Assembly (NCBI GenBank): GCA_905331295.1 | Contig: CAJNYD010000357.1 | Location: 1-64,000, forward strand | Source of the DNA: Rotaria socialis | Lineage: Eukaryota | Direction of reading: 5' to 3' | DNA: 64,000 bases | Shown: in pieces, positions 28,298-42,349 of the stretch | How the letters are laid out: the number at the start of each line of letters is the position of its first letter | Numbering within the stretch: position 1 is the first letter of the stretch | The notes under the pieces: model-generated | The model's database searches: none | Told to the model about the DNA's origin: nothing | What the model saw: the letters and a program-made list of their open reading frames with translations, nothing else | Program-made: the position numbers and the translations under genes

Positions 28298-28645
28298 GAT
28301 CAATATTATTAATTTTTAACAAAAATCAAAATCTAAAAATTTTCTATTTATGATATATTTGGAAAAAATGGAATGACATGTTTTAATAATAAAATTTACA
28401 CGAGTGAAAAGCGAAATTACATATGCACCAGCAAACTTTGATAGATAAAAAAAAGAAAAGAAAAACAGGAAAATCTTCATGTAAAAAAAATCAAAGATGA
28501 ATAAACACACCTATTTAATGCATTCTCTTTTCAGAGTTAAATGAAAAATCTCTAAACACATACACCTGTTCTTTAATTTGTTTGATAAATAGAAAAAGAA
28601 AAAGAAACGAGCAACAAGCAGTTCCTAACTATAATCTTGAAATTT

Positions 28646-30035
28646 TTATTCAACTGGTCGCGTACGATTAAGTGCTGATTGTAATTCACCTGTAAAATTA
28701 GCTTGTTGTAAACGAATACGACCTTGATTATTTTCCGAATTACGTAAACTATTTAAAATATCTTTTGTTTTTCCAAAATAAATAGAATTAAGTGTTTGTC
28801 GAATTTTATTCTCCATTTCTTCAACCATTTTACCAATATTAATAATATGTTGAGAGAAATCTGTTATTTGATGATCGGATTCGAGTTGACGTTGTAGGCT
28901 TCCACCTAAATTCATCATGCCTGACATTGTTTTATGTGTTTGTAGCCAAAGCATCACTGTTGATGTTAGTTTATAGTGTGCTGAACGACCACTTTGTTTC
29001 TCTTGTACTTCGACAACATGTATCGAATCCCAGCAACCTTTTATTTTTTTACTACCATCACCAACTTTTTTTATAAGTATAACACCAGCAAAACCATTTT
29101 CAAGATCCCAAAAATAAACTGATGAAACACCACCTTCAAAATACATTTCACGATATTGTTCAAATGCTTGATTAGCTTCAATTTCTAATTGACGAAGACG
29201 ATCCGATGGAAGATTTCCTAAATAAGAGAAAATGTTTTAATTGCTTTGTGTTTTTAAACTCTTGTTCAGTCAAAGAAAAAGAACTTCAGAATTTTTTATA
29301 GAGGAAAATCAAAGTTACAGCATTTTTCATTTTTTTGATCTCATATGGTCAATAGGATGAAGTCAAATGATGTAATATTTACAACAGCGTCAAAATATTA
29401 TTACTATTATCTTCATTAAATTATCATTAGCAATGATCAATAAATATAGATAATAGGTTAAGTATAGATTCTCAACATTTGCGTTACTCTCTAAATATTC
29501 AAATATGACAAAAAGATATATTTTAAAATACATCATATTGAAACGTCATGAATATTCAAGCTTGTACTACATATTATTTTCGTTTTGTATTTGAAAGCTA
29601 GAATTATTTCTCTGAAATAACTACAATGTTCATAATCAATGGGAACTCTTCGTGGATTTATATGTCTCAGCAATGTGCTCTCACGTATTTCAGTATCCAT
29701 TTTGTTTTTCAAAGCAAAAAATTCTGTCTCATCGCATATTTTATGTAAAACAAACCATCAAACGGTGGCGAATATGTATTGGTCCAGGGTGATCGATATG
29801 AATCGCCATCACGATTATAATCACATAATAGATAATCTTTTCCAACAGTTCGATCACGAACAACTTTAAGAGGTTGATCAACAGCAGCTAGAAGTTCTTC
29901 AGTTAAATCGGGTACAAGATCAATAAGATCCGAAAGATTCTTTTCCACTTGTTGTGGTGGTAGCCGTCTCATTAAATCTAGTGCACAATCTAATTGTGAC
30001 TCGATCGATACATTTGTTGTTGTATTACTCGTCAT
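28646..30035 (-). CDS. CAPZB: F-actin capping protein subunit beta, 2 coding exons
   Basis: [85 protein letters not shown]. Confidence 0.97.
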
Positions 30036-30744
30036 CTGAAGAAAAAGAATAATATACATATTTGCCACTATCAAAAAACAACAACAACAACAAAGCTTTC
30101 AAATGAAAAATATTTTAGGACAAAAAAAAAGAAAAGACAAACTTTATATATATATATATATATAAAACTGAGTATCGTTTTGTATAAAAATCATTCATTG
30201 GTTCACATTTATTTTGCCTTTTTTACTGCCGAGCGTAAAACCCGATTTACCTAGAAATAAAAAAAAACAACCGTATTAAGGAATCAATGTGATTAAGTAT
30301 TTAAAGAAAAATTCTGTTGTGTTTTTTGTTTTCAATATCTCAAACAAACATGCATAACAAGTAACTCTTGAGTGTCAATCAGTCATTAAGCATCAGTCAA
30401 AAAGTAGCCATTCAAGAAGGTTTATGTCATTTCTTTGTTGATCGCTCACGAGCACAACAAAATAAAATCAACAGAAAATATTCTGCGTGATATTAATTAT
30501 CAAATAAAAATGAAGTTTAATTCTTTGTTTTCGCTCGCATACACAGATAAACGACGTCGTCGAAATATATATCGTACAAATTGAATCCACTAAAGAGCAG
30601 AATGATGAGGAGACGTGTGATTTTTTTCTTTAATTAATATAAATAGTGTGTTGTTTAAATCAAATCTCAAAATTATTTCGGCGTGTTTTGTTTTTGTCAG
30701 TTATGTCTACCATCACCAGTAAGAAAAATAGCAAATATGTGCTC

Positions 30745-31714
30745 TCATCGACTTACAGTATCGCCTAAACCTAGACGAGGTAATATATTACGTTCAGCAG
30801 CGTCTTTGTTTGCTGCTATAGGTAATAAGATTTTTTTCAATTATGAACTTTATTAATTATATTTCAATGAAAAACTGCTTACTTTGTGGTTTATACAATT
30901 CTTTCATAAGAGCAGTGAATGCTTCGACTGTACGCGCACGATCATGAAGATTAACGAACCATACTCGATTACCCACTATAATGAAAAAATAAGTTAACAT
31001 AATTCTAACGAATTTCATTCCAACTAACCAAAACATTTATCTTTCGCTGTCCATTGTTCTCCATCTATTTGAGTAAAATTTGACCGACGTTCATCTAATA
31101 CAATTTCATTACATAGTACGAGTATCGGTAAACTCTGTGCAAACAAAAAAAATATATTAGAGATAAGTAAAATTTTTCTTTGTTTTTGCAAACTTCTTTT
31201 TTGTTTTTATCTGTTGTTTTAACTTCAATAATATCTTTAATAGCTTTACAACATTCAAAAGATTCATTTGAACGATTATCAAACACAAGGATAATAGCCT
31301 AAAACTAAATATGTAAATAAAAAAATAACAACAATTAAATAATAAAGAAACCCACATCAATTAAAGTCAATAAATGCCGAATATTAGAAATTTCTTCACC
31401 AGGTGAAGTTTTCTAAAATAAAAATTTAACAGAAACATAAAAAATATGAAAAAAGAATCATTTTTTACCACACCACCAATATCATGTACACGAAGTACGA
31501 TATCTTTTTCATTTAAACTATTATCATATTGTATACAATATGTATCTTCGATTGTTTCTCGATATGACTAATAATCAAAAATGTAAAATCAACATAAAGC
31601 TTTTTAATTATTGCTAACTTTTTCTTCTACTCGTCCATAAGCCAATTGTTCAATTAATGATGTTTTACCAACGGCATTTTTGCCCCAAACTAATACTTTA
31701 AATAATTTACCCAT
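30745..31714 (-). CDS. NKIRAS: kappaB-Ras (NKIRAS)-like small GTPase, ~7 short exons
   Basis: Manual translation MGKLFKVLVWGKNAVGKTSLIEQLAYG...ETIEDTY...LRVHDIGG...AIILVFDNRSNESFECCK: P-loop GxxxxGKT and the NKIRAS-like EQLxYG/ETxED pattern. The exact 3' end is uncertain (30745 or ~30701). Confidence 0.7.
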
Positions 31715-32325
31715 AGAAAAAAAAATATTGCTATTTGAATAATCTCATTTTTAAATCTAAAATAAAAGTAAGAGAAACAAAATAACTTTTTAACCGTTGT
31801 ATTATGTGTATGTTTTTTTTTATTACAAAAGCTAAGCCAAGTAATAAACAAATCCGAATGAGTCTTTTGTGTTTTTTTCTTTTTTCATATTTACACGTAC
31901 GAGAAACAAAGAAAAACAAATCTAACAGAACGAAACGAAACATAGTTATAATGAATAATATTTTTTCTCTTCACTATCTATATCAATGTTTAACAACAGT
32001 AAGAGAAAAAAAACGAAAAAAAAATGCTCTTCAAGAAACCAAAAAAAAAGCATTTTTTTCTAGTACGATTGTTTCGATCACTGTCACAATGAGACGTGTA
32101 TTTGTATATACATATATATTTATATATTTATATATATATGCATATATAGATATTAACGAGACAAAAAATGAAAAGTAAGACAACAAGAAAAAACTAACAG
32201 TGACAGATGGCTAATATGATCACATTCAAGACGGACATTATATTCTTGCCTATACGTGTGTAAATCGAAAAAGAAACTTTTAGCAAAATAGATTGTTGAT
32301 ACATTGGTTTGTTTTTGTCCATTCT

Positions 32326-35300
32326 TTATTTGTGATTTTTAGACATATTACGTAAGACTTGTGATGGAACGAACTGAAGAGTCGATCCACCTGACATACG
32401 AGGTGAACTTATTTGTTGCGGTGTTTGGGGTTGTGATGGCGAAGAATTATGAGATACATTAGGACTAGATATTATATGAGGTGATCCCATACGAATGTTG
32501 TTCGATTGTGCTGGTGATTGTTGTTGTTGCATTGGAACTGGATTGCTTACCGGTCCAATAGGAAAACCAGGATATGTATTTGGAGGAATTAAATCAAATG
32601 GTTGAAAAACTGGTAAAGCAGGTAATTCATTTGATATTGTTGGAGGTGTTAGATTCATGTTAAATTGTTGTTCAGATTGCTGAATTGCACGTTGCAGAAT
32701 GGACAGAGGTCCTTGTTGTTGCTGTATTGATTGCGATTGTAATGGGTTGTATATTGGAGATTGTTGTTCAATTTGAGAAGATAATAATGGCGATGGCGGT
32801 GCACGTGACATACTTTCAATTGCTTGAGCAAAGACTGAAAGGAAATGAAAAACAAAATGTAAGAACAGCTTTCATTTAGTCAGTATTTTTGTTTTTTGTT
32901 TCGTTGGATTTGTTTTTAGTTCTTATCAACTTTTAGCAGAGTCAAGATAACAAAGGATAAGTTACATACTTGTATTTGGCACTGCTTGTCGTGGTGGTGT
33001 GTCCCATATTTGTTGATGCATCATAAAGATATCACCAGATTGTTGTTGCTGTTGGTTTGACATTGACGTTGTTGGAATGGTTCTAGACGCTTGTTGAATA
33101 AATGAAGACAGATCATTAGATTTTTGTTGTACTATTAGTGGTGGTATTGCATCCGATACTTGCTGCTGAACTATATTTGATTGAGTATTCTGCTTCTGTT
33201 CTAGTGGATTTGGCATTTGTTTTGATGCTTGAATGGCACGTGATAGTAAGGAATCTATCTGTGGATTAGTAGACGAGATTGGTACAGATACTCTTGCGTC
33301 ACTGACGATTGGCAAGGTTGTATTTTTTGATGAAAAACTAACTTCTGGTTTTGGAAGCTTTTCAACGGATGGTGGTTGTAACACAGAATTCGTTTGACTT
33401 TGTAATGCTAATGATGAATTCGTTGCTGTCGCTTGAGGCAATGTCGATTTTTCTTTCGATGTTGACGATGCAGGATTTCTTTTTGTTTCTTGCTCTTGAA
33501 TAGGGGTAGTTGTTGTTTCAATAAAATTAGGTTTCTCTTGTGTAGATGCTGTTATTGGCGCAGATTTTGTTGTTGTTGGAGTATTATCATTCGTAGTTCG
33601 TTTAAGAATTCGAGTTGGTGTTTGCTGCTGCTGCTGCTGCTGCTGCTGTTGTTGTTGTTGTTGTTGTTGTTGTTGCTGCTGCTGCTGACCTTGAGTTTGT
33701 CGAGGTGTCGATGATTGTTCTGATGATCGTTTGTCCCAAATGCTTTCACCTGGTGCTGATCGTTGTTGTTGATAATTAGTTATTGAACGAGTACGAAGCG
33801 AATGAGAATAATTAAGTAAATGATAAGAACGAACTTTAATTCGGCATTGCTGATTATTTCTGCCCAATAGAATAGCATCAAGACTATTTTTTGGTAAATG
33901 GTCAAATAAAACTTCATAGTACGTATCTAGATGTGTTTGACCAAGCATAACACCAATGATTGTACCACGTGTACCAATCGGCACACCAGTGCCGAGACGA
34001 ACAGTAATAACACGATCATAGAGATCATAACGAGTTTCAATGTCAGAATCACACATACCACAGGATTCACTTGGTTTAAATATACGGTTGACTTCAAGTG
34101 ATATTAATTTAGTTTTTTCATTAGAACTTTTTATTGAATGTTTCTATGATTGATAAAAATAGAAAATAATAAAGAAAGTTTTAGTGAATAAATCAGCCTA
34201 CTGTATAGAATAATTTTGTTATTCGATCAATTTCTTTAATAACAGGTGCATCAAGTACTTGCCAAGCACCATCCATTAGTGATATGGAATATGTTGGCAG
34301 ATTTTTAATCCAAGTACGAGCATCTTGTAGTCGAGATTTCCTAGAAAAATTCAATAATAAATATTTCTTTTATTTTTTAAACTGAACTAGAATGATAATA
34401 TTCATTGATAAGATTTAATCAAATCATTTCTTTTCAGCTATATATGGAAGATGTTTAGTTGAATCCTTATGCTGAAAATTTCAAAGTATTGCTATGCAAA
34501 TCCTAAAGAGTGATGCATGATTTTTAGATGTCTCAAAAGTAGAGAATACTAAGAACATTAAAAAATAAAGACTCGATAAATAAAATTTAAAAACAAGCAT
34601 CTTCTCTTTTTCAATCAAATCCTCTCTAAAGGTTTTATATTTCCATAATAAATGAGTAACAATTCTGTTTATTATATTTATTGCATGATTCATAGTCTTG
34701 ACGATGAATCAATTTCTCTTGTATTAATCGCAGAATATGCGTAGATATTTTTACAATACCAACAAAATTTGAAAACCTAGATTATAATAATCTGTATGTA
34801 AAAAAAGTAAGATCCTGTGACTATTAATATATTTAGTAACTTTGACTTTTCTTACTTTAGGCACTGTTTATTTGTAAAAGCGTCTCAGACGATCACACAA
34901 AACCTGTCTTATTATAAATTTTCTCGAAACATTAACTCAAGTGATATTAATATTTCAACTTCAGATGTATAAATTTTAATTTAAAAGAAAAGTAATAGTG
35001 TAAATTATTGAATTATTAGAAAATGTTTGTATATAGATAGAAATCATCAACATATTTATATGTTTTATCATGTACATAGAACATTCGATCATTCCCATAC
35101 TAGCAGTCGATCCGTACCCTTTTCTTATTGGCCAAATATTTAATTCTGGATATGAATCATCTTTCGGTTTTCTTATCAATTCTGCAATAATTTCAGGAAA
35201 TCTAAAAAAAAATATATTTTACAAATCTATTCATATGCTGAGAAATAACAAATACTAACTGTAACATATAATCAGAAATGATGAGTACTGCTGCATCTGA

Positions 35301-38300
35301 ATATAGCCATACTTGTTCTTCTTTTTTCGTATAACCATAAAGCTATTCAAGAAAAACATGCTAAATATACTTTTACATTTGAATATATTATTTGTTTACT
35401 TGTTTAACAGGTTTATTTGCTTTCCATGAAAATCCTACATTAATTCGATTTACATTGTCACGTCGTCCTGTTCCAGTAGTTACAATAATTGTGCCTGTTA
35501 ATTTTGATATAACATAGGGCATTGTTTGTAGATACTGAGCAATTTCTTGTGCTGTCCAATATTGTAGTTGTAAACGGCTAAGTCGATTCAATGACGCATG
35601 TATATCAGGTTGATTTGTTATATCGGATGGTTCCATACGACATTCAATCATATATTTTTCATTGTTATTTTTAACTATCTGTTGTACATAACCCATACAT
35701 GAGTAATAAGGTGTCTGAAGCGTAAAAATTGGATCATTGAGCTTAAAATAATCATGAATTGTTTCAGGAAATTGAAATAAATTATATTTATAATTTTTTA
35801 ATGTAAGTAAAGTTGTTTGTAATGGATAAGCTACAGCTTGATTTGAAAAACACATTATCGTTTGACATTTATCTGATGTTAATGAACATTTTGTACGATA
35901 ACCAACTAATGGACATACATAAAGTAATAAAGGTATGGGCCCTATTTTAACACCTTGTCGGTTTTCATATCGCCGATTAATATTGATTGCTTTTGTATAT
36001 TCTGATTGAGTTTGTGATGCATCCAACGGATATGTTTTACTTGATATAGATTTATTATTTTCATCGCTGATTTCAAATGGATAACGTGATACATAAATTG
36101 GTGTTTGATTGTAATTTTTATTATCTTGATTATCATCATTTGTCAGTGGTCGAAAACTAAAATGTGAACCACCAGGAATATTTGACCATGTGTAAAAATG
36201 TCGAAAATCACTGATTGCGCAAACAATACCATATTCAAAATGTGGCCAATTAACAAAAACACGTTTACCAAGATAACGTTCGATTAGTAAATGACGATTT
36301 GTTATTTGAAATGGTTGACTACTATCATTATCTTTTGGATCCCATTTTTCATTATAAGCTATACAATCAGTATCAGGTTGATGAGTTAAATTTAATACAA
36401 GTGTTGTCGATTTTGAACGTGATTCGAATATATCGACAACACCTTGTTTAAAATCAAATGTATATGGTAAAACATTTAGAACAGGAAATTTAGGAAAGTA
36501 CACCATACGAGATTCATCAAATCGTCCATGCTTAAACGTTGAACCATCATATAGAAAATAATCCATTGAATATTCAGTACAAATTGCACGCGTTTGACTT
36601 AATGGTGGAAAATATGGATTATTAGCAAATGTATTACTGATCGGATGTAAGGTTGGCGTCGATTTGAAACATAATGATGAGCAATGTTGATTACGACTTT
36701 TCTCATTAGCATCAAGATTTGCATAATATTTTCTTATAGAATTTAACAAAAGTTGCTCATCAATGAATGGTAATAGAACAATAGATTCCCAATCTTGTTT
36801 TTTTTCATTTTGATCTAATTGAAAATCTTCCGGATAGAAATGTAATAATGGACTTTCAGAATCGATCATTAATGGCTGTAAAGCATTTGGTAATAAATAA
36901 CGACTAGTTGGCGGAAGAACAGCTAAAAGAAATTTTAAACATTTATTATCAACACATAAATATATCGATGAGTACTAGAAAAACGAAATTAAGCTTTTGC
37001 TTTTCTTTTGATAATTCCAAATAATATGTATATGATTTTTTTTTTTATTATTGAGCAAATCAAAAAAAAAAGACAGACATTAGCATTTTAGATAATAATT
37101 TGCGAATTTCTATTTCAAAAGATTTTGACTTAAACAGAGATATTGAACAAAATCTTTTGCAATCTTAAGAATACCATCTAAGAAAATTTTTTTTGGAATG
37201 TTGATCGAATCCTCAATAGACTATGATGATAAGTCATGACAATGATGTTTGGATTCTCATATACGTACTATTGAAATCAATTTGATTTCAATTCAATAAA
37301 GTTCATTTTCAAGTTATATATCTACGTATATCAGAGATGTTGATAGTTGTATGCGATTTTTTTCTCCGAATCCTCTACAAATTGAACGATATTTTTTATT
37401 GTGATCGATGAGTAACACACTATAGGTTACAGAGGTGTCAACACAATCCAGACTCCTTCCAGTTTCAAACACACTTTTCTAGTTAAATATTCAACAATAA
37501 ATTAGTTAACTTTTTTTTCTGAACACATTCCTTTTTTTTGTAACCGATGAAACACTTTCATGTGATTTGAAAAAATAAAACTTGAAGACTAGCTCGATTC
37601 TCCATGATTTAATGAACTGCATTTCTAGTTTCATGTATCTAAAAGAAGATCTAAACAGATACTCTATGTGCAACAAAACAAAAGATTTAGAAATACAAAG
37701 CAAAAGTTTTTAACTAGTTGAATCTATATAAATATGACACGTAAAAAGTATAACGCATACTTGAGCCATGAATCGAACAATTCAAATGAAAACAGAGTAA
37801 CCTTGCAAGATTTGTTTTTTACAAACATCTGTTCTATTGCATCAAAATTGAACTATTCGCATATGCCTTAGGAAAAGTTACGTCATCATTTGAAAAGTAT
37901 TCAGCAGTTAAAAAAATTACATTTCACTACCTGAATAATAATCAGTTATACTTTGCCTTTCAAAGAAAAATAATATCATATATTTTACTCTATTATCTAT
38001 GAACTTTCTAGCGATTTATAAAAATGCTTACCTAAAAGTTGTTCAAATGGTTTAAATGGTGTTCCTCTTTGAAATGTAAATTGCCAATGTTTAAAATTAT
38101 TTAAATCTGATAAGTATGGTGCATAGTGATGTGGATAAAACCATGACCATGATGGACAACCTTGATAATAATATTTTAAAATCCATTGTAATGCTTCAAT
38201 GTATTGTTGAACATATGCTTGAATTTGTTCTGTTGATACTGATTCACTTTTCATTTTACGACGATAATATTCATTTTTATGTTGACGAAATGTAATGTCG

Positions 38301-40355
38301 ATCGTTGATCGGCAATCATCGTTTTCATTTGTACTATATTTTGATGACATTCTTAGAAGCTTCTTATGTTCATCGTCATTATCACTATCTCGGTCAAAAT
38401 CCGATAATGGGCCATCATCATCAGCATCCGGATAGACTGGTCGTTGAGGAACATCATCTGATGATGAAGATGAAGAAACATTTGATGGTTTTCGTTCAAG
38501 AGCTATAAAACTATCAATCATTTGGCCATTAGAATCATTTTCATTGCTACCATTCGGTTCTTTTTTAGGAGCTATTGATGTTCTTATCATTAATTTTTCC
38601 ATAATTTCAAGACTAAAACCTGAATTAGGAATTTGATCTTTATCAAGTTCAAATTTTTTTGGAGTTGACCCAAATTTTTCTAACGATTCGTTATCTTTTT
38701 TAAATCGATCATAATCGTATTTTGATAATTCTGTTAAGTAAATTTGAAAACGTGATAAATTTAAATCACCTGATTCATTCATATAGCCTTTAAAACAAAT
38801 ATTGAAATAATCAATTTATTGTTTGTTTTGCAAAAAGATTTTATACAAACCATCAAGTGTTGGTAATACTTTTTTATAGGTTTCCCAAAGCAGCGGTAAG
38901 GCATCTTGATTGATATGAACATGAGGCAAATGTGGGATGAAATCATTACCAACTAAATAACCCATAAGTATCCAATCATCAACAATACACTCAATATCAT
39001 ATGGGAATTTCAATTTATCCTGAAAGCAAAAACAAAATATATATTTGACAAATCTTTGTTTACTTTTCTTTACTTTAGTTGAACGAAATTCTAAATCGAT
39101 ATAATCACGTAGTAAACATAATTGTAACAAATGCCAATTGATTTCTTCTGGCGTAAGACTATGAAATATAATAAATGATTGAAATGAATTGTTATGTAAA
39201 ACAAACTTACATTTTTGAAACTTTTTTTGGGCCATATTTAACTTCTTCGCGTAAAAGTGCAAAATGCATTTCATGTGTTACTAACCCAAGCATAATCTAG
39301 ATCAATTTTTTTATTCTTCATCTATCTTAATAATAAAAATTATTGACATACTAAATCAGCATCGAGTCCATATAAACAATGTCTTGTATTAACATCATAT
39401 CCTGGTTGTGAACGTGCATAACGAATATATTCCATGACTTTGTGTTCACCCTCGCCTGGTGTCTATTTCATTGAGATAAAGAATTGAAATAAAATTTAAA
39501 AAGAAAATGAATATATTTGATACATACCAAATGTCCAGATAAATAAATGTCAACACCTTCCCACAATGGATCCGTAGTGAGTTTAACATTGATAAAATAT
39601 CTCAGTTGTTCATCAAGATTTGCCATAAATGTCGTTCCTTAAAAAAAGAGTAAAGAATAAAAATAGTATTTTTATTGATATCTCAATATGAAATAGTATA
39701 ATAGTTTTTCCACTGCATCAAAACTACTTTTCTAAGATGGATGTGAAAAAATCTATATCACTCATTCTATATAAAGACAAATATTGATAATATAAAAATA
39801 CCAGGTGTAATTGCATTCGTATCAAAATGATTAGCCATAGTTTCTTTTAATGTTTGACCAGTTTTTTCAGATAATGTTTTTAACTTTTTCATTCGATCTC
39901 GACCAGCTCGAAATCGTCTTGATCGTTGTTGATTCATCTTAGCTCGTGGTGCAACACCATCAACAGCCATATAAAAAACTTTTTTGGGCTTGATCATACG
40001 AAAAAGGAACTTGAAAAAAATAAGCAACATCATTTACGTAAATTATTATTTTAAAATTCAACTACTAACATCAATATAATGAAAAATATTTCGAAATATT
40101 TCTTCTTCTGTTACATTTGTGTCACAATTATCATCATTTACATGTGAGCATGCATGAATTATTCCATTCATATCCAAGTAGAAATTGTCAAAATCAGGTA
40201 TCTTTTATTTTAAAAAAAAGGAAAAAAATATTTTAAAATTTATCAAATATATATATATATATAGATATCAATAATCATACCTGATTATCATTAATCACTC
40301 GGCTAATATTAGGATATCGCTCGGATACCCATCGATAGAATTTAGGTACACCCAT
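32326..40355 (-). CDS. XRN1: 5'-3' exoribonuclease 1, multi-exon
   Basis: [101 protein letters not shown]3-like LYDRV...VPIGTRGT, and C-terminal FVPSQV. Confidence 0.96.
33623..33687 (-). repeat. Coding CAG/CAA repeat (poly-Gln, ~22 Q) in the XRN1 C-terminal region
   Basis: (CTG)n(TTG)n(CTG)n on the + strand within ORF 32962-34056. Confidence 0.95.
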
Positions 40356-40928
40356 GATTTTGAGGAGTTAAATTAAAAAACTGCTTGTAAGCAGAATGGA
40401 ATTTTATCTTTGAATGTTCATATCTAAAATGATTAAATGACAAAAGAAAACACTTATCCATTACACGCTAAAGCTCGTCTATAATGATTAGTGCAAATCT
40501 ATTGTCACATAATACGGAGGTATTCAAACTATATAAACAGTTGTCCAATCTTTTTATTTATGTTGTTTTCATTCGTTGACCTGATTAAGTAAGGTTAAGA
40601 TAATCTACATACACTTGAAGCTACATACACGAAATCGCCATTGAACCGAATGACATACCTCCTCTGAATAATGAATGAAGCATTTACCAGAGGTCGCTAG
40701 TCATCGTCGTGCGTTTGAATATTTTTATTTCGCCGTAGACTATTTGATATATTAGAAACTTCGTTTTATATAGATTTGAGAAAAAATACAAATACTTATG
40801 CATCAAAATCTTCAAATAGCTTCTGCTTATGTTAGACTCTAATGAAGTTTGTTTGAAATTCATAATGCTAAATATTGTGCTAAGAGATCAATTGATGATA
40901 CAGATAATTTCTTTTTAATCAGATGCAT

Positions 40929-40996
40929 AAAAAATAATCACAAAAAGAAAAAATAATCGCAAAAAGAAAAAATAATCACAAAAAGAAAAATAATCA
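40929..40996. repeat. Short tandem repeat (~19-20 bp unit AAAAATAATCACAAAAAGA, ~3.5 copies) inside the element
   Basis: Directly visible tandem copies with one substitution. Confidence 0.85.
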
Positions 40997-42349
40997 ACAA
41001 GAAAAGTCTTACAAAAGCGTACAAAAATAACACAAATAAATGGTTGGAAAACACCAGAAAAGAAACATCTAGATTAAATTTCAAAAATAAGAAAACCCAG
41101 TGATGAAAGTTTGGGTTTCATATCAGAGTACAAAAAATAATATTTACGGTTCCATAATGAGTTATTAGATAAAAGATTTGATTGTAGAATAAATAGTTAC
41201 AATATTCATTGAGGAACAATTTTCAATGATCGAATTGATCCTACTATTAATTTCTATTTGAGAATCAATGAAAGAAAAAAATTTAGTTGACATAGAATTA
41301 ATTGTTATTTTACTTACATTAGTACATTTATTCAAGACACGTACTGGTATCGGTTGATTGAATTGAATCGAAGTAGATGTTGAAACTGCTATTGCCTAAA
41401 CAAAAGTAAAAACAATATTGTCATTCATTTGATGTTATGTTTCCAGTGATTGTTTCATTCCTCTACATGAGACTTTACTTCATACGAAAAACATGCATGA
41501 AATGAAAGTCTGATTTCAAATACTTTACATATTGGTATTATCTCTTTATAATGAACCAAAAAGTTATGTCCATCTTTGTGAATTACAAATAGGTTTATTG
41601 AATAAAACCGAAATGAAGTGTGTCTGTAATCTGCGATTTTTTTCATGTATAGCTAAAGTTGGTTATTTGTCTTTGGGATGGGATGTGATGGATCAAATGC
41701 GTCAGTAGTTAAAATTAGTGAAAGTATTTGTATCTTACACTGTATAGAAAACTTAGCACGAAGATATTTTTATTTTAGGAATAGTTGATATTTGATAATG
41801 TGTCAATTCAGTTAAATAATCTCATTCGAGGAGATAAATATGAAAATTTTCTGTTTAGCCAGAAAGCTTGCTTACAAAATTCAAAATAAATTAAAGAATA
41901 AACTTTTATTATTTGATGACGTTGAAACAGGTGTTTAAAAGAAAATAGAGATTCCTATATTATGAACAATTTATTCATTCAGTATTGCTAGAAGTTTACT
42001 GAGACGCTAAATTTTTCTCAAATCAGTAATATAAATTTCAAACAGTTATTATTTTTAAACTGTTTGTGTATATAAAATACAATATCTTTGACAAATTAAT
42101 CTAGGCAATTAAGAGCATGTCGCTAGATTGATGAATATGACAAATATAGGGAAGTTATCAATTATTCTTCCCTTGTATCTTTTGTAGTTTTTCGATGGAC
42201 GAAATACTTCTTTCATTTATCTCTTGTCTAAAGACTTGAAATTTCAAACCTGTTGAGAAATTGAAATTTTTGGTGTACATAGCAAACTCGCATTGTTCTC
42301 GTCGATGTTATTGGTATTTGTAGCAAGCTAAAAACACATGAAAAAGAAT

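Noticed and set aside
33490..33749. Poly-Leu and poly-Asn/Ser ORFs
   Set aside because: Alternative-frame or antisense shadows of the XRN1 polyQ repeat.
40584..40592. 9-bp target-site duplication for the large element
   Set aside because: Only 5/9 identity with 54562-54570; not accepted as a TSD.
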